Assembly: GCA_028534125.1 (NCBI GenBank)
Contig: CM052816.1
Span: 62,870,001-62,934,000, forward strand
Length of the DNA: 64,000 nucleotides
DNA from: Lama glama
Lineage: Eukaryota
Direction: 5' to 3'
Within the stretch, counting starts at the first letter, position 1, and each line of letters opens with the position of its first letter. This document shows positions 1 to 12,702 of the stretch, in pieces. The notes below the pieces were generated by a model. That model was not told the origin of the DNA. It made no database searches and saw only the letters and a program-made list of their open reading frames with translations. The translations under genes were made by a program, and so were the position numbers.

Positions 1-600
1 TGTAAAAGATAGCAGGGCCTGTTGAAGAAATGGCTGATTCTAAGCGTGGAGCAAGGACAGTAGAAAACAATAGAGGAGCATTCTGTTGTGCCAGACGAAA
101 GAAAATTCTCCAAGAATCAGGGGAATATCTAACAGGACACAAGACACAAGTCAGTTTGAAGGCGCTCCCTCTGGCAAAATCGGGACATTTGAGTATCAAA
201 TAAATAAGGAGAGTAACCAATTGTAACCCACTGAATAAAATGAGAATCCATACTTATACAAATAAAATAAATAACAAGGAAAATAATCTCTTCCTTACAA
301 TTGAATACAAACTTATACATGTAGAAGTAAAGATTGAGTTGTAAAATGACCTCTTTGGCAATTACCTTATTAATAATCAGTCCAAGCAAGAATTATCAAT
401 GTATGCTCAAAGCAATGGGTAAAAATTAAGAAAAAAAGTTGTTTTAAATGGTACAATCAGAGGACTTCTACGAAGAGGGCATTTTACCATCTTAGACCCC
501 TGAATTTTTGGATCTGGAGAAAAAACATTAGAAATCATCAAATCATGTGTTTGCCAGTGTGGGATGAATACATTGGGTGGTACAGAGTAAGATAGAAACA
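1..600 (+). mobile_element. Old L1M (L1MC-like) 3' UTR fragment, runs off window start
   Basis: GTTGAAGAAATGGCTGATTC..., CTCTGGCAAAATCGGGACATTTGAG...AACCCACTGAATAAAATGAGAATCCAT resemble the L1MC3/4 3' end; right boundary approximate. Confidence 0.65.
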
Positions 601-1258
601 TTTGTAAGCACTAAACACTGAGCAGTCTATGATACACTCCAAAAGATTTGAAATAAAACAAGATTTACCATAAATTCATGGAAAGAAGCCCACATATGTT
701 TTCCCATGGTGACTGTATGAAAGCTTTTTTCTAAAATAGCATGTCTTAAGTTTTTATGCCTTTGAAATTTCTTTGTATGTTGTCTTGCTCAGCACTACAT
801 ACAAGGGATGCTTGTGGACAGAGTGAGATGAATTTAGGTGGCGTTACACAGAGCATACATTTTCATTAAATCACATCATGGGAAAATTTTCCTTTCAATT
901 GCTCATCTATACGTTTGATTTCTTAAAATGAAACTTCTCATCTGTCCTCATAAAACTTTACCATCTTTCTAACCATCTTTTTACCATCTTTTTCTAAAAA
1001 GAGAATTCGGGCTTAAACTTCCCAGCTTTTAGCAGTCAATAATACCAGTGGAAAATGTAATGACACTATTTTGTTTTTGTTACTATTTTTGTCAGTTATT
1101 ATGCAGTTTTCTTTTAAACTACATTTAAGTGAAATACTGAATCTGCTTTTAAAAATTAGTCTGCTTTACAAATGGTATGAAAATGACAGTATTGAAATCA
1201 GGGAAAGACTTTCTTCCCTTATTTCATATATAAAATAAAGAATTTATTTTATATAGAT

Positions 1259-1462
1259 CAAAGGTTAACAAACTTTCTTCCATAAAGCACCAGGTGGTAA
1301 ATATTTTAAGTTTGGGTTACCGTACAAACTCTGATGTAACTATTCAACCCTACCCCTGGAGTGAGAAAGCAGACATAGACAATGCGTAAGTGAGTAAGTG
1401 TGGTTGTTGTCCAGATAACACGAAAACAGACTGGCTTAGGCCCTGTAACTTGCTGATCTCTG
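1259..1462 (+). mobile_element. MER58A-like hAT-Charlie MITE
   Basis: CAAAGGTTAACAAACTTT...GTAAATATTTTAAG...GAAAGCAGACATAGACAATGCGTAA...TAACTTGCTGATCTCTG follows the MER58A layout with degenerate terminal inverted repeats. Confidence 0.8.
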
Positions 1463-3149
1463 TTATAAATGAAAACAAAGAGTATCAGAGAAGATATTTT
1501 ATAAGTTTTACCAAGTGGTTAGTGACAGATTTCAGACTCATATTCCCAAAAAGCATTTTATTTTATGATATAGTACACCAGAAAACATCTCCTAGGATTT
1601 CCTCAGTATAAGAAGCTTTACCAAAGGAGTGACTCATTCCCTTTTCTTTTCTTTTCTTCTTATTTTATTTGGGGGTGGGGGTGGGGTGGAGAACTGTTTG
1701 GCTTGCAGGTTATTTTTATTCATATGATATTATATATATATTACTATATGAATTACTGGCTCTAGGTCTGCCAGAAAATATCATGCATTAATAGTAAATA
1801 TAGACACGAAATAATAAACACAGAAATGCAGATAGTAAATATAGGCATGAAAACTGAATTTAAATCATATATTTAACAATGACTGTATAGACAGATGATT
1901 TGCAAAGATTAATATAATAAAATGTAAGCTACACATTATAGGCTTCGTAAAATCCTTGTGTCTCTGAAAATGCCATACCAGAGATCTGCATTTCTAATAA
2001 CTTACCACTGGAATGGTAATTCAGCTTTCACTCACAAAAGATTCAGTCATTAATTGGGGTCATAAGTAAGGGATTAACACCATATCAAATTAGGTTAATA
2101 ATTTCCATTCAAATCCCACAAAGGCTTGACATAAAGTTAAAAACTGACTATAGTGTTTTCTATCTGTTAGTTGCTGAAGTTGGTATTACAGGAAGCAAAC
2201 AAGCTCATTTATTCCTTTCCTTAACCAAAACTTCTCTGCATGTTTAGCAGTGGGCTAATGACAAAGTCTTTCTTTTCCACCTCTGAGGAGTACTTAATTA
2301 TTGGATATCAGCTTTAAAATAAATGTATTATAAGCTGTTTTATTATCTCTCTTAAATAAATGTCATGGTGGTTTCAATACAGGGTGAAATGAAATGTTCT
2401 GGGCCTTCTTTATTAAAAGTAAGGAATGTATACTTAAGCTATTTAAGAAGGGAAAGTTAATATTTTTGATGCAAATTTAGGCTTTTGAGCTCTGCTTTAA
2501 GGTACCCCAGCCAGCCCTGTTCAGTGTACACTTTTATTGGTTTGATGAAAGGTTGTGAATCATTTTTTTAAATTCTGAATTAACTTTATATACTCTGTGG
2601 TTCGTCCATAAAAGGATATTGACCAAAAATGATTCATCCCCCATGGACTGAGGTTTTAGTCTGCTTGTTTGGAACGATCAGGTATACATTTAGATTTTCT
2701 TCATATTCAGGTTTAAGAAAATTCCTGAGGTTTCTGTATATCTTTGAGAACATCGTGTAGACGACAGATAATGGATTCAGTTCCAAACACTTGATGACTT
2801 GTTTTCCAAATATTTATTTGTAAGTCTAAAATTTGTAACGTGTTCCCATAGAAACATGTGATGGAAAGTAAATCCGCAAGCCTAGTCTGAAAATTAATTA
2901 TTTAACTTGCCCATGGTATGTTAATACTGTAAAAAAACTAACCATTATATACAATGCATAGTGCTTTAAGAAGCTTTACCAAAGGAAACATTTGGTAAAA
3001 TCATTGAAGTATGTTCCAGTTTCCAGTTGTGCACTTTATGTCAGCCACACATAAAGCACAATCTTGGTCACATACAGTAGAGCGCTCTGAGTAGTCTTAC
3101 CACATCTCTTTAGCAACAGCGTGACCTGCACTCAGTCAGATGGAGGCAG

Positions 3150-3370
3150 AGTAGCAGACTCTGCAAGATATACTTTATAGTCCAAGATATCCCAGTTTTA
3201 TCCTGGCTCCTCGACTGGCTGATTACATTACTTTGACTATATTTCTTTATCTGAGTCTTTGTTTCCTAGTTTGTGAAGTGGAAATAATAATATCTAATTC
3301 ACAGCATTGTTGGAAGGATTAAATGAGATAGCTGCTTAAAGCATGAAACAACTGCTCGTTACACAATAGC
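3150..3370 (+). mobile_element. MIR SINE
   Basis: Core-like TCTGAGTCTTTGTTTCCTAGTTTGTGAAGTGGAAATAATAATATCTAATTCACAGCATTGTTGGAAGGATTAAATGAGATA. Confidence 0.75.
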
Positions 3371-4029
3371 TTTTTTTTTTTGTTTATTACAAATGGATAG
3401 AGAGATGGTAGGGGAGTATGTTTTCTAATAGAGTAGATGCCTATATAATGTGTTGTCAAATCTGTACCCCTTGTGGTTATACAAAGGAGTGTTATTAAAA
3501 ATTATAAAGGCAAATAGGCAAAAATAGGGGCTAACCTAAGAATATGAACACATGTGATCACCATGCATACTAATGATGCTCTGTTCAACAAGAGGTGACT
3601 GCAATGATATGGAAGAGTAGCTTAAATTTCACCAGAATCAAGGCATACAGAGGATATAGGAAGGAAGCAAGTTCAAAGACAAACTTTCACAAAGAACCAG
3701 GTATGAAACTCCCTGGTAATAGTGAAATAGTACTTTGTTGGGAGAAGTGGTGTAAGTATGTGCTCTGTGTATGCAAAAGACATTTTTACAGCTGTTCATG
3801 AGTACAATATATTGTCCTACCAAAATCCAGATTTTATACATATGAGCATCAAAAATGCTCCAAAAATGTTCCAAGTAGACTTTTAGTAATTTTGCTTATC
3901 AGTCTTTCCAAATAAATATTTATAGAATAAAGACATTTCAAGAATTTTTGTTTGCAAATTTCTTCTTCTCTTCTCTTCCTTGTTCACCTCAACTCCTGTT
4001 CCTTTTCTTTCTCCTCTTTCTTATGCAAC

Positions 4030-4082
4030 TGTGTGTATGTGCACGCGTGCACGTGTGTGTGTGTGTGTTTGTGTGTGTGTGT
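4030..4082. repeat. Imperfect (TG)n microsatellite with GTGCACGCGTGCAC palindrome
   Basis: Directly visible alternating purine-pyrimidine tract. Confidence 0.9.
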
Positions 4083-4344
4083 TCTGGCAAAGTTAGTATC
4101 TACTCTTTTTCCGAAAGTACATTATAACCACAAAGTGTGTTTAGTCAAGCTTCTGGGGTAGGGTGGGGAAGGTCTACACTATTAAAGTCAAAGAAGATAA
4201 AATTTGCCCTGAGTTTTGTTTCCGAGCTCCCAATCTAAGGTAATAGTTGAATGAACAACATAAATACCAAAAATATCCCACCTAATATGTATATATTTTT
4301 ACAAATAGAGATTTCTGCCTTTTGGATTCAAATTGCTTTTTTTT

Positions 4345-4570
4345 TCCAAACTGAATCATGACCCATTAGTGGGTCACAAAAGGAAGTTAGTGGACTGTCA
4401 CCATTTTTTAAAATGAAATAGCGAATAGAATAAAAAATATCAGAATGTATCATGCAGAATAAGGATATGTGAAAGTTCTATTTCAGCTACATACATAAAA
4501 AATACATCTATGCATGTGCTAAACATCATTGTAAAGTATATTTCTTCCTGTGGGTAAGAATAAGAAAAAA
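4345..4570. mobile_element. Old hAT-Charlie-family MITE remnant (subfamily uncertain)
   Basis: ATGACCCATTAGTGGGTCA...AATAGAATAAAAAATATCAGAATG...TGTAAAGTATATTTCTTCCTGTGGGT resembles a mammalian-wide hAT MITE. Confidence 0.55.
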
Positions 4571-5022
4571 CAACCTTCTAGTGCACTTGAGATAACAGAT
4601 TGATTGGATTTCTCACTTTTTTTTCCACATGCATTTTTTTTATTAAATACACTTGACAATGTGCATGTGAAATCCTTTCAGTACTCCGAATAAATAGTAA
4701 CAAGTGGATTCAAGGTTTTGGTAGTTGTATGCTAGATTAATGCACGGGCTGTTGTTATGCAGACTGGAATGTAGAGGTGATGTCTATTTACCTATTCTTT
4801 AAATGGAAGTTAGTTTTTAAAAATGTAATTTAGGACTCTGAATTATCCATATTAAGAAACTTCTTTGAAGAATCCACTGGGTAATGTTGAGTGGGCGGGA
4901 GGACTGGGATGCACTGAGATACCTTGGAGATGTTTGGGAAGGTAAGGAATCTTCCTAGAGCTTTTGAGGTCTCTGTTTATCTTTAATTCTCCTGAGAGGC
5001 AAGAATGTGTCGTGTGAGTACA

Positions 5023-5720
5023 CATTCATTTATTCATGTATTCATCCAGCAAATATTTATTTAGATCTCACCATGTGTCAGTACCACCTTTGTTTGAGGA
5101 TATGACCTGAAGACAAAAGAGGTTCTGACCTTCATAGAACATATTTTTGCTTTGGGCAAAGACAGATAACAGACATATCAATGAATAATTAAATATACTT
5201 AAACAGATAAGTTCTAGGAAATTTTTAAAGAATATTTCAATAGTACATGCAGAGTGGGGTAGGAACTGTTGAGATAGTTCTATCAGAGTGGGGTCTTTGC
5301 AGGAGCAACACTGACTTGAGCTCTAAATAATGAGATGGAACCAGTCTTAGAAAGGTCTGGGCGAGGAGTGTCAAGTCTAAGAGTCCTTAGCTGGGAAGTT
5401 AGAAAACAAAGTGCTATGTAGCTGAAGCCAATTGTGTGAAGAAGAGAGTGATAAAAGATGAGAAAGAAAAAGAATTCAGGTTCAGGGTGTTGGTCAATGT
5501 AATGAGTTTGGATTTTATTCTTATATATTAGTAAGCTATTGAAGCATTACAAGGGAAATAATATGAGCACTTTTCCACTTTGAAAAGATGACTACTGTGT
5601 CTGCTATGTAGAAATTGGACTGTAGGGAAATAAAGGTGGAATCCAGAGGAACATTTACATGGTGCAACAATACTTTTGTCATGGTGGCGGATGGATTGTG
5701 GCATTCTAGATAAATGGGAG
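5023..5720 (-). mobile_element. L2 LINE 3' fragment
   Basis: CATTCATTTATTCATGTATTCATCCAGCAAATATTTATT...ATGTGTCAG is the reverse complement of the L2 3' tail, followed by typical purine-rich L2 sequence. Confidence 0.7.
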
Positions 5721-5754
5721 ATAACATTAAAAATCATTAACATAAAAACATGTA

Positions 5755-5910
5755 TGGAGTATTTATTCTATGCTTGCTAATATACTAAGTATTTTATATC
5801 CACTATCTCAGTCAAACCTTAAAGCAACTCTGAGCAAAATACTGAACTTAACTCCAATTTACAAGTAAGCAAACTAGTCTAAAAGAATTTAAGTAGTTGT
5901 CCAAGGTTCT
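5755..5910 (-). mobile_element. MIR SINE fragment
   Basis: CCAATTTACAAGTAAGCAAACTAGTCT...TTAAGTAGTTGTCCAAGGT resembles the antisense MIR core. Confidence 0.6.
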
Positions 5911-5961
5911 TATGGTATACACAATAGAATGGTTGACAACAGTTCATTTTTATGCTTTCTC

Positions 5962-6668
5962 CTCAACAAGATACTAGCAAGAGAATTCAACAGCACATTA
6001 CAAGGATCATATACCATGATAAAGTCAGATGCAGACAATGGTTCAACATACTCAGATTGATAAACATATGATACACAACATTAACAGAATGAAGGATAGA
6101 AATCATGTGATTTTCTCAATAGATGCAGAAAAAGCATTTGACACAACTTAACATCCTTTCATGATAAAAACTCTCAACAAATTGGGTGTAGAAGGAATGT
6201 ACTTCAACACAATAAAGGCCATATATGATAAGCCCGTAGCTAACATACTCAGTAGTGAAAAACTGAAAGCTTTTCTTCTGAGATTAGGAACAAGATAGTG
6301 TTCCCCACTCTCTCCACTTCTATTCAACATAATTGTGGAAGTCCTAGCCAGAGCAACTAAGCAAGAAAAAAAATAAAAGGTATCCAAATTGGAAAGGAAG
6401 AAGTAGGAGTGTCTGTTTGTAGATGGCATGACCTTATACATAGAAAATCCTAATGACTCCTCCAAAACCTTTTAGAACTAATAAATGAATTCACTAGCAT
6501 TTCAGGATACAAAATCAATACACAAAACTCAGTTGTATTTTTGTATACTAACATCTGTACACTGAAAATGATAAGACACTGATGAAAGAAACTGAGGAAG
6601 GTGCAAATAAATGAAAAGATATTCCATTTTTATGGCTTGGAAGAATTAACATTGTTAAAATGTCCATA
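5962..6668 (+). mobile_element. L1 ORF2 reverse-transcriptase-domain fragment (decayed, internal deletion near 6552)
   Basis: Translates with frameshifts/stops to L1 RT motifs such as [36 protein letters not shown]. Confidence 0.92.
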
Positions 6669-7570
6669 ATTAACAAAAATATCTTTAATTAACACATGGT
6701 CTAATGCTGTTGACATCATATTACATGCCTGTTTTTCTCCCCGCCACCTATATAATCCTCATCTATTTGTTCAAGCCTCATATGCACAACAGGCTTCACC
6801 ATAACCCATCCAGTTTTGTTAACCCCTTTTCAGTATTGTTATGGCTTTAAGGGCTCTATCTACATTCCAAAACTCTTCTGTTTCATTGTTGGATACCCAC
6901 ATCGTAATATTTTGTGCTCATTCATTTATTTCTTAGAATTAAGACAAGCAGACTTTGGGGAGTTAGGGAAAGTAAATCAAACATTGTGACTGGTTTAAAG
7001 ATGGAGTAGTTTATTAAAGATGGCTGAGTTGAGAAAATTTTTACTTTTGAACTTGGATCCTTTTAATGTCTCCTCTGTTCCCAAGCTGCTGAACTTAAAG
7101 CAGAGAAAGAAGGCATCTTTCAACATTCACCTCAAAGAGTCTTAATGCTCAAATCCATTAAACACAGTCTTAGATCTCAAATCTCTGACACTGCAGTATT
7201 GAGCACAGGTGTTCATGGCTCCTCATAATCGTTTTGAAGTTTCTGTGGAAGACCATCTGGTTTGCTTGACTGTCATTCACACATATACATTTGTTAGATG
7301 AGAGAATGAGACAGGTGTGGGCTTGAAGGTCTGAGCACATTTATGGTTGATGGGCTTAATTTCCCATTGTCCATAATACCACTCCTTTATGAAAAATGGT
7401 GATGTAAAGAACACACTCCCTTAAGGGATCTAGTCTGAAGGGGAAAATGATGTTTGTCCCTATGATGGATTCATAGCGCTATTGAAATGCTGCAAACATT
7501 ATGAAAAATACTACTGCTTTAGCAGGCAAGTTGCTTTCCAATTTTGATTAATAACGCAGTTTCCATCTAG

Positions 7571-7745
7571 TCTGTGGTTCTCAAACTTTTATTGTCATCA
7601 GAATCTTATTTAAAACATCAGAAATAAAATTTTATGTTCAGGGATTCTGATTCTGAATCTGGGTGAAATATGAGAGTCAAATTTTAACCAGTCTCAAAAG
7701 TGATTTTGATAAAGGTAGTCTTGGGATTACAATCTGAGAAACATA
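7571..7745. mobile_element. MER5-like hAT-Charlie MITE
   Basis: GTGGTTCTCAAACTTT...CATCAGAATC...GATTCTGATTC...GTGATTTTGAT...TGAGAAACA. Confidence 0.65.
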
Positions 7746-8025
7746 ATTTGTTGCTAACTGGTTGTTTGACTGGAGTGATAAATACAGGACATTAAGAGCA
7801 AAATGATGGAGAACAAAGGGGAAGCTTTAAACTGGAAAGCCATGCACATGAAATAGCACAAAGAGAAATGGAGGCATTTTATTTATAGACAAATAGAGAC
7901 TAGAGACCAATCAGATTTTATCTCTTTTATATAATTTAATACACGACTTGCATTTTACAAGTGTTGTGGACTAAACCTACAGAATTGTAGAAGCGAAGTC
8001 TTTATATATGATTGGTTTTAAAATC

Positions 8026-8259
8026 TTTTTTTAATTGAAGTAAAGTTAGTGACTGTGTATCAGTCTCTGGTGTACAGCATACTGTCCCAGTGATACACAT
8101 ATAATATATTCATTTTTGTATTCTTTTCAATTAAACATTATTATAAGATATTGAATATAGTTCCCTGTGCTATACAGAAGAAATTTGTTATCTATTTTTA
8201 TATATAGTAGTTAATATTTGCAAATCTCAAACTCCCAAATATATCCCTTCCCACCCCCT
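8026..8259 (-). mobile_element. Camelid-lineage L1, 5'-truncated 3' UTR
   Basis: T-tract then TTGAAGTA...CTGGTGTACAGCAT...AAGATATTGAATATAGTTCCCTGTGCTATACAG...CAAATCTCAAACTCCC; same family as copies at 26.4, 27.9, 28.4 and 41.7 kb. Confidence 0.9.
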
Positions 8260-8944
8260 TAAAATTGTTTCTGAAGGCAATAAAACTAAATACTCTGAAA
8301 CCCTTATCTACCTAAGGTTTTCGTTCTTTGGAGCAGGCATTTTAACCTTCTCTTTCCCTGCATGCCTTCAAGTAGTTTGTTTCTGTTTTTGCTTTTTCCC
8401 TTATGTTGATGACCGTAATAAACACAGATTGTCAGAATTAACTTCTATGAAGAATAAAAATGGATTTTAGTTGAGTGTAATGTGTCATTCTGATAGTGAT
8501 AGGGTATTGGTTTCAGAAGAGTTTCTTTCAGGGCATATAGGGAAAACCTAAGAATAGATTTAAAGACTCAATTTTTAAGTTTAACTAGAATAATAAAAAA
8601 CCTCATACAACGGCTGACTGCCTTTAACATGCAGTAAGTTCAGAGGTAAACAATTGGCAGGGTTGGAAAAATTGGTACATCTGCCTAGTTAGTATCAAGG
8701 AAAAGTCAAAAAGGAAAATATGGGTGGCAAGACCCAAGGTGAGGAACAAAGACCAAGACAAGAATCTAGAGAATGGAGTAGGGCTCTCCATAGCGTCTCG
8801 GTCAAATGGAGGAATAGAGTGTACAAGAGAACCTTACAGTTAGGTTGGCTTTCCCATCTCTCCATGGGGTCAACCTGGGAAGCCACTGTCTAGTAATTCT
8901 GCCCTGTGCCAGAAGGATTGGTTGCCGATCAATGATTTATTCTG

Positions 8945-9320
8945 TAGCATTTATTTGTTCATTCATTGGTTCATTTATTCACCTAGTCAAAGATATTGGT
9001 GTGTTTACTGTGTGCCTAGAACTGTTCCAGGCAATGGAATATAGCAATGACAGAAACAGAAGTTCTCTGTTTTCATCAAGTTTATATTCTGGTAGTGATC
9101 TAAATATATGGATCTATATTTATGGTTATAAATATTTTCATAACTGTATATACATTGATGAAAACAAAGTAGGGTAAGTGGATAGAGAGAGATGAAAATA
9201 GGAAACTCTAAGTTGGTTAAAGGGAAATGTCACAGATGGTCTTTCTGAGTGTAGATCAGAATAAAATGAGAGATCAGATAGATGTTTGGGGGAAAAATTT
9301 TCCCGAGACAGATGTCCAAA
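8945..9320 (-). mobile_element. L2 LINE 3' fragment
   Basis: CATTTATTTGTTCATTCATTGGTTCATTTATTCA...TTTACTGTGTGCCTAGAACTGTTCCAGGC. Confidence 0.7.
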
Positions 9321-9839
9321 CATGAGCCAATCAGCTACAGCCTCAGTCATAGTGTTAGATAGTTCAGACTGATTGTTGATTTCTATATTGGGGGAACTAT
9401 TCCTAGAGAAGATAGATGTAGGGGAAATCCTTACTTGCTGCACATTCATCATAAGGGGTATCTACTTCAGAAACCTTTGGAGTGCTTCCCTAGGCAGAGA
9501 TGAAATCTGCTTATAATTAAAACGTTTGCATGGGGAGGTGGTTGAGAGAACAATGGATGCCACAGTGAGAATGATACTGTAGGATCTCAGAAGTTACTTG
9601 TGGACTGGTGATTGGGAGTTTATACTCTTCACAAGCAATTCTCAACTTCAGGATGGAATTATGGGAAATATGTCACTTGTCTGGAAAAAAATACCAAAAT
9701 CAAAAATGTAATTTTAACCATTGATTTGATTTTTAATCCTTTTATTTATTTATTTTGAAATGAAAACATTAACACACAAGGTCAAGTGTAAAGTAACAAA
9801 TGGATACTTGAAACGAAAAATCTCGGGAAGCCCTGATTT

Positions 9840-9992
9840 GGGGAGGGTATAGCTCAAATGGAGCACGTGCTTAGCATGCATGATATCCTGAGTTCAATCC
9901 CCAGTACCTCCTCTAAAAATAAATAAATAAATAAGTAAACCTAATTACTTCCCCCACCAGAAAGTTTTTAAAATAAAAAAATTTTTAACAAA
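9840..9992 (+). mobile_element. vic-1-type tRNA-derived SINE (long-tail form) with about 20-bp TSD
   Basis: GGGGAGGGTATAGCTCAAATGG (A box)...GCTTAGCATGCATGA...GAGTTCAATCC (B box)CCAGTACCTCC, A-rich tail with AAACCTAATTAC insert; flanking repeats AAAAATCTYGGGAAGCCCTG at 9816-9835 and 9993-10012. Confidence 0.92.
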
Positions 9993-10929
9993 AAAAATCT
10001 TGGGAAGCCCTGGCTTGGTCAGGCGTTTTTGTTTTTATTTTAAGAAAAAGTAGAATATTTAGAAAATGATGAAAAAATACAAGTTTGACAGCATAACCGT
10101 ATTTGCTTTAAGTAAGAACTCTCTTAGTCATGGTGTCTTCAACCAGGGTTAAAAGACTCCACTTGGATTAGTGAGAGAATATACCACATAAACTGTGTTT
10201 CATGAAGAAATTTTAGGGGAAAAAAAGGTAGCAAGAAGTGAAGACGGAGGAAAAAAGAAGAGAAGGGAAAGGAAGAGAAATGATAGAAGGAACTGAAGTT
10301 CTACCATCCCTCTGACATTAGAAGCCAAGAGTTCTAGGTGCCACTCCAATTGGTAAAGTCAGGAAATTTTAATTCGTGAGAACTAGAGACAGTTACCAGT
10401 CTTTCCTGTCCAATCATCCATTCATCCATCTATCTTTCCATCCATCCATTCATTTAATTTTCCCAATGAATCATATTTCATGTACACCACCTCAGAGTCC
10501 CAGCTCATCCAGCCCAGATTCATTCACTTCCTTCAGCAAACGTATACTGAGCCTCAGCCCCAGATGCAAAGTGCGCTGTTTAGGTATTCAGACTCTCTCC
10601 ATTTCCCTAGGGAAGGGTGTTCTGCCTTGCTTCCTTAGACTGGGAACGCTGACCTCTGTTACCGAACAGTGTAATTCAGTGTCTTGTATTTGGAGTTCTT
10701 AAGTCTGATTTGTTTCTAAATACATGCCACTATTTAGCGTGTCTTATTTATATTTAGGTGCTAATTAAGATGTATTAAGGTCCACACAAGCCAGTAACTG
10801 CTCAGTAAATCAGAGTATTTTATAACCCAAACTTCTCATCCTGCTTTTTGATACCATAGGGCTCTCTGTAATATAGCATTCTTAACGCATCACTTCATTA
10901 TTGAGGCTACATGGGAAAATGGAAACAGT

Positions 10930-11130
10930 GTGAAATTTAAATAAAAACAGTTAAACAGAACTAGCTTCCTGTTGTGCCTCTTCTACTTATTAACGGGTTA
11001 CAGTGGATAAGAAGCATCTAAATCTCAGTTTCTTCTACAGTAATGACAATATCATCAACTTTGCAGGACTAAGACAAAGGTGGAGGATAATAAATGTGAA
11101 GAGTTTGAACATGGTATTCATTCAATAAAT
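10930..11130 (+). mobile_element. MIR SINE (diverged)
   Basis: TCTAAATCTCAGTTTCTTC...AATAAATGTGAAGAGTTTGAACA...TTCAATAAAT. Confidence 0.5.
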
Positions 11131-11817
11131 AGAAAAATTATTTTACTACTTGGAGCAGACTTAAAATTATGTGACAGCCTTAATTTTTATCTTTTTGTTA
11201 TATCTACATCCACAGACATAAGATAAGGAAGTTGCTGTTAGAACTTTTAAAATTCAATAATTAGGAAGCACAAACATTTTATGCCATGACCTTATTAAAA
11301 TTATACAGAAAAATACTTATAGCTCACTTATTTTAAAAGTTAACTCTTACTTTATGACACTCTTATTAATCATATGTCATCAAATTATAATGATTAAATT
11401 GGACTGGATACCACACTGGAAGTTGGATTTCAAAAAAATAGTATTTTCTAATGAAACAGTTTCCACAAGATCTTAGTAATTCCTTTATATTAAGACTTCC
11501 TACTGTGAATTAAATGGAACTTGGGGTATTAAAATAGTTGTGGGCTTTCCCACACACTAAATTAATCCAGGTCCCTCAGAAGCTTGTCAAGCTTCTGACT
11601 AATGTTGAGGTGAATGAAATAACCTTGAATTTTGATGTAAAAATATTTTAATGTAATTAACTTTAATGGTATATTTTCCTCAGTATAATACCAATTATTA
11701 CTGCTGATAGCTGGGTTAGGAAAAATGATTAATTTAATTTTGAGGGTTATAGACTAGCACATGTTCTCACAGTTTGTAGAGAGCTAACGTGTACATCTTT
11801 ACTAATACTATAGTATT

Positions 11818-11912
11818 GAGGGTGAGTGTAGCTCAGTGGTAGAGCACATGTTTAGCATGCATGAGGTCATGGGTTCAATCCCTAGTACCTCCATTAAAAA
11901 AATAAATTAAGA
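11818..11912 (+). mobile_element. vic-1-type tRNA-derived SINE (short form)
   Basis: GTAGCTCAGTGGTAGAGCACATGTTTAGCATGCATGAGGTCATGGGTTCAATCCCTAGTACCTCCATTAAAAAA; TATAGTATT repeated at 11809-11817 and 11917-11925. Confidence 0.92.
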
Positions 11913-12214
11913 GGAATATAGTATTAAATGTTTTCTAGGTATCTAAAAAGGCTTTGCTAAATCCAATTGCAACAGGAACCTAAACTGGACATTTGAATAA
12001 ATGAATTAAATTACTACAATTTTGATGAGAGTCCTTGAGCTATAAGACATTGGCAACTTGGTCCTATATTTTTATTTTGTGTATGAGGAACATCTGCCTA
12101 GCAAGGCTAGCAACTTGCTGAAAACACAGCCAGTTAATGAGAAGTGTCTTTCTCCAAAGTATCAGTGAATTTGAGCATTGATAGTTTAAAGTAGAACAAA
12201 ACAAAACAAAACAA

Positions 12215-12405
12215 TTGATAATGATAGACATGTTGCATGTATTATCTTAAATTCTTACCACAGTTCTAAAAAACATGATATTACTTCCATACAATAGGTT
12301 AAAGAAAAATTTTCAGGACATAAGAACACACATGTAGTAAGTGGCCCAATGGGGTTTCAGCCCAAATGTGCCTGTCTTCAGGCTCTGTGTTCTTTCTGCT
12401 TATTA
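12215..12405 (-). mobile_element. MIR SINE
   Basis: TTATCTTAAATTCTTACCACAG...ACACACATGTAGTAAGTGGC...CAGCCCAAATGTGCCTGTCTTCAGGCTCTGTGTTCTTT. Confidence 0.6.
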
Positions 12406-12564
12406 CACTCTTGTTTAAGTGAAAGCCTGAGCAAATCTGAAGAGGTTTAAAACTAGTATAGGTTTGATATATTTGCCATTTACCTTCAGCTGTGTATTTT
12501 ATTTCCAGAAGAAACAGTAAGTATAGGGTAGGTAGTTATTTAATTATTTAATCTGTTCTTTAGA

Positions 12565-12702
12565 CCTGGAAAGATCTTCGAATTATGATTTAACTCTTTG
12601 TTTGACTGATAAGAAAACTGAGGTAGATTGATAGAAGTTAATTAAAATTCCCCCAAATCCTACACTTAATACATGATAGAGCTAATACTATAATTCAGTC
12701 TT
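12565..12702 (-). mobile_element. MIR fragment interrupted by L1 (continues at about 14020-14070)
   Basis: GATAAGAAAACTGAGG core, then ...AATTCAGTC|L1|TTACGGCTCTAAATTCAGTATTTTT continuation. Confidence 0.55.

Noticed and set aside
958..997. Short tandem duplications (12-bp x3 here; others near 1791-1852, 16441-16464, 38743-38779, 49119-49141, 56225-56254) as CRISPR-like or functional arrays
   Set aside because: Two to three adjacent units without unique spacers; ordinary slippage products in a mammalian genome.
1671..1689. G-rich tract G5-T-G5-T-G4-T-G2 as a G-quadruplex
   Set aside because: Only three runs of three or more G; not a canonical G4 motif.
2641..2657. 17-mer CCATGGACTGAGGTTTT shared with 41637-41653
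   Set aside because: 39 kb apart, similarity does not extend; plausible chance match in 64 kb.
2634..2807. Open frame of about 57 codons on the minus strand (GKQVIKCLELN...)
   Set aside because: No recognisable homology or convincing splice sites; length expected by chance.
12497..12522. Plus-strand acceptor and GTAAGT enclosing an 8-nt exon
   Set aside because: Frameshifting length, weak exon-side donor context, sits between MIR fragments; no support.
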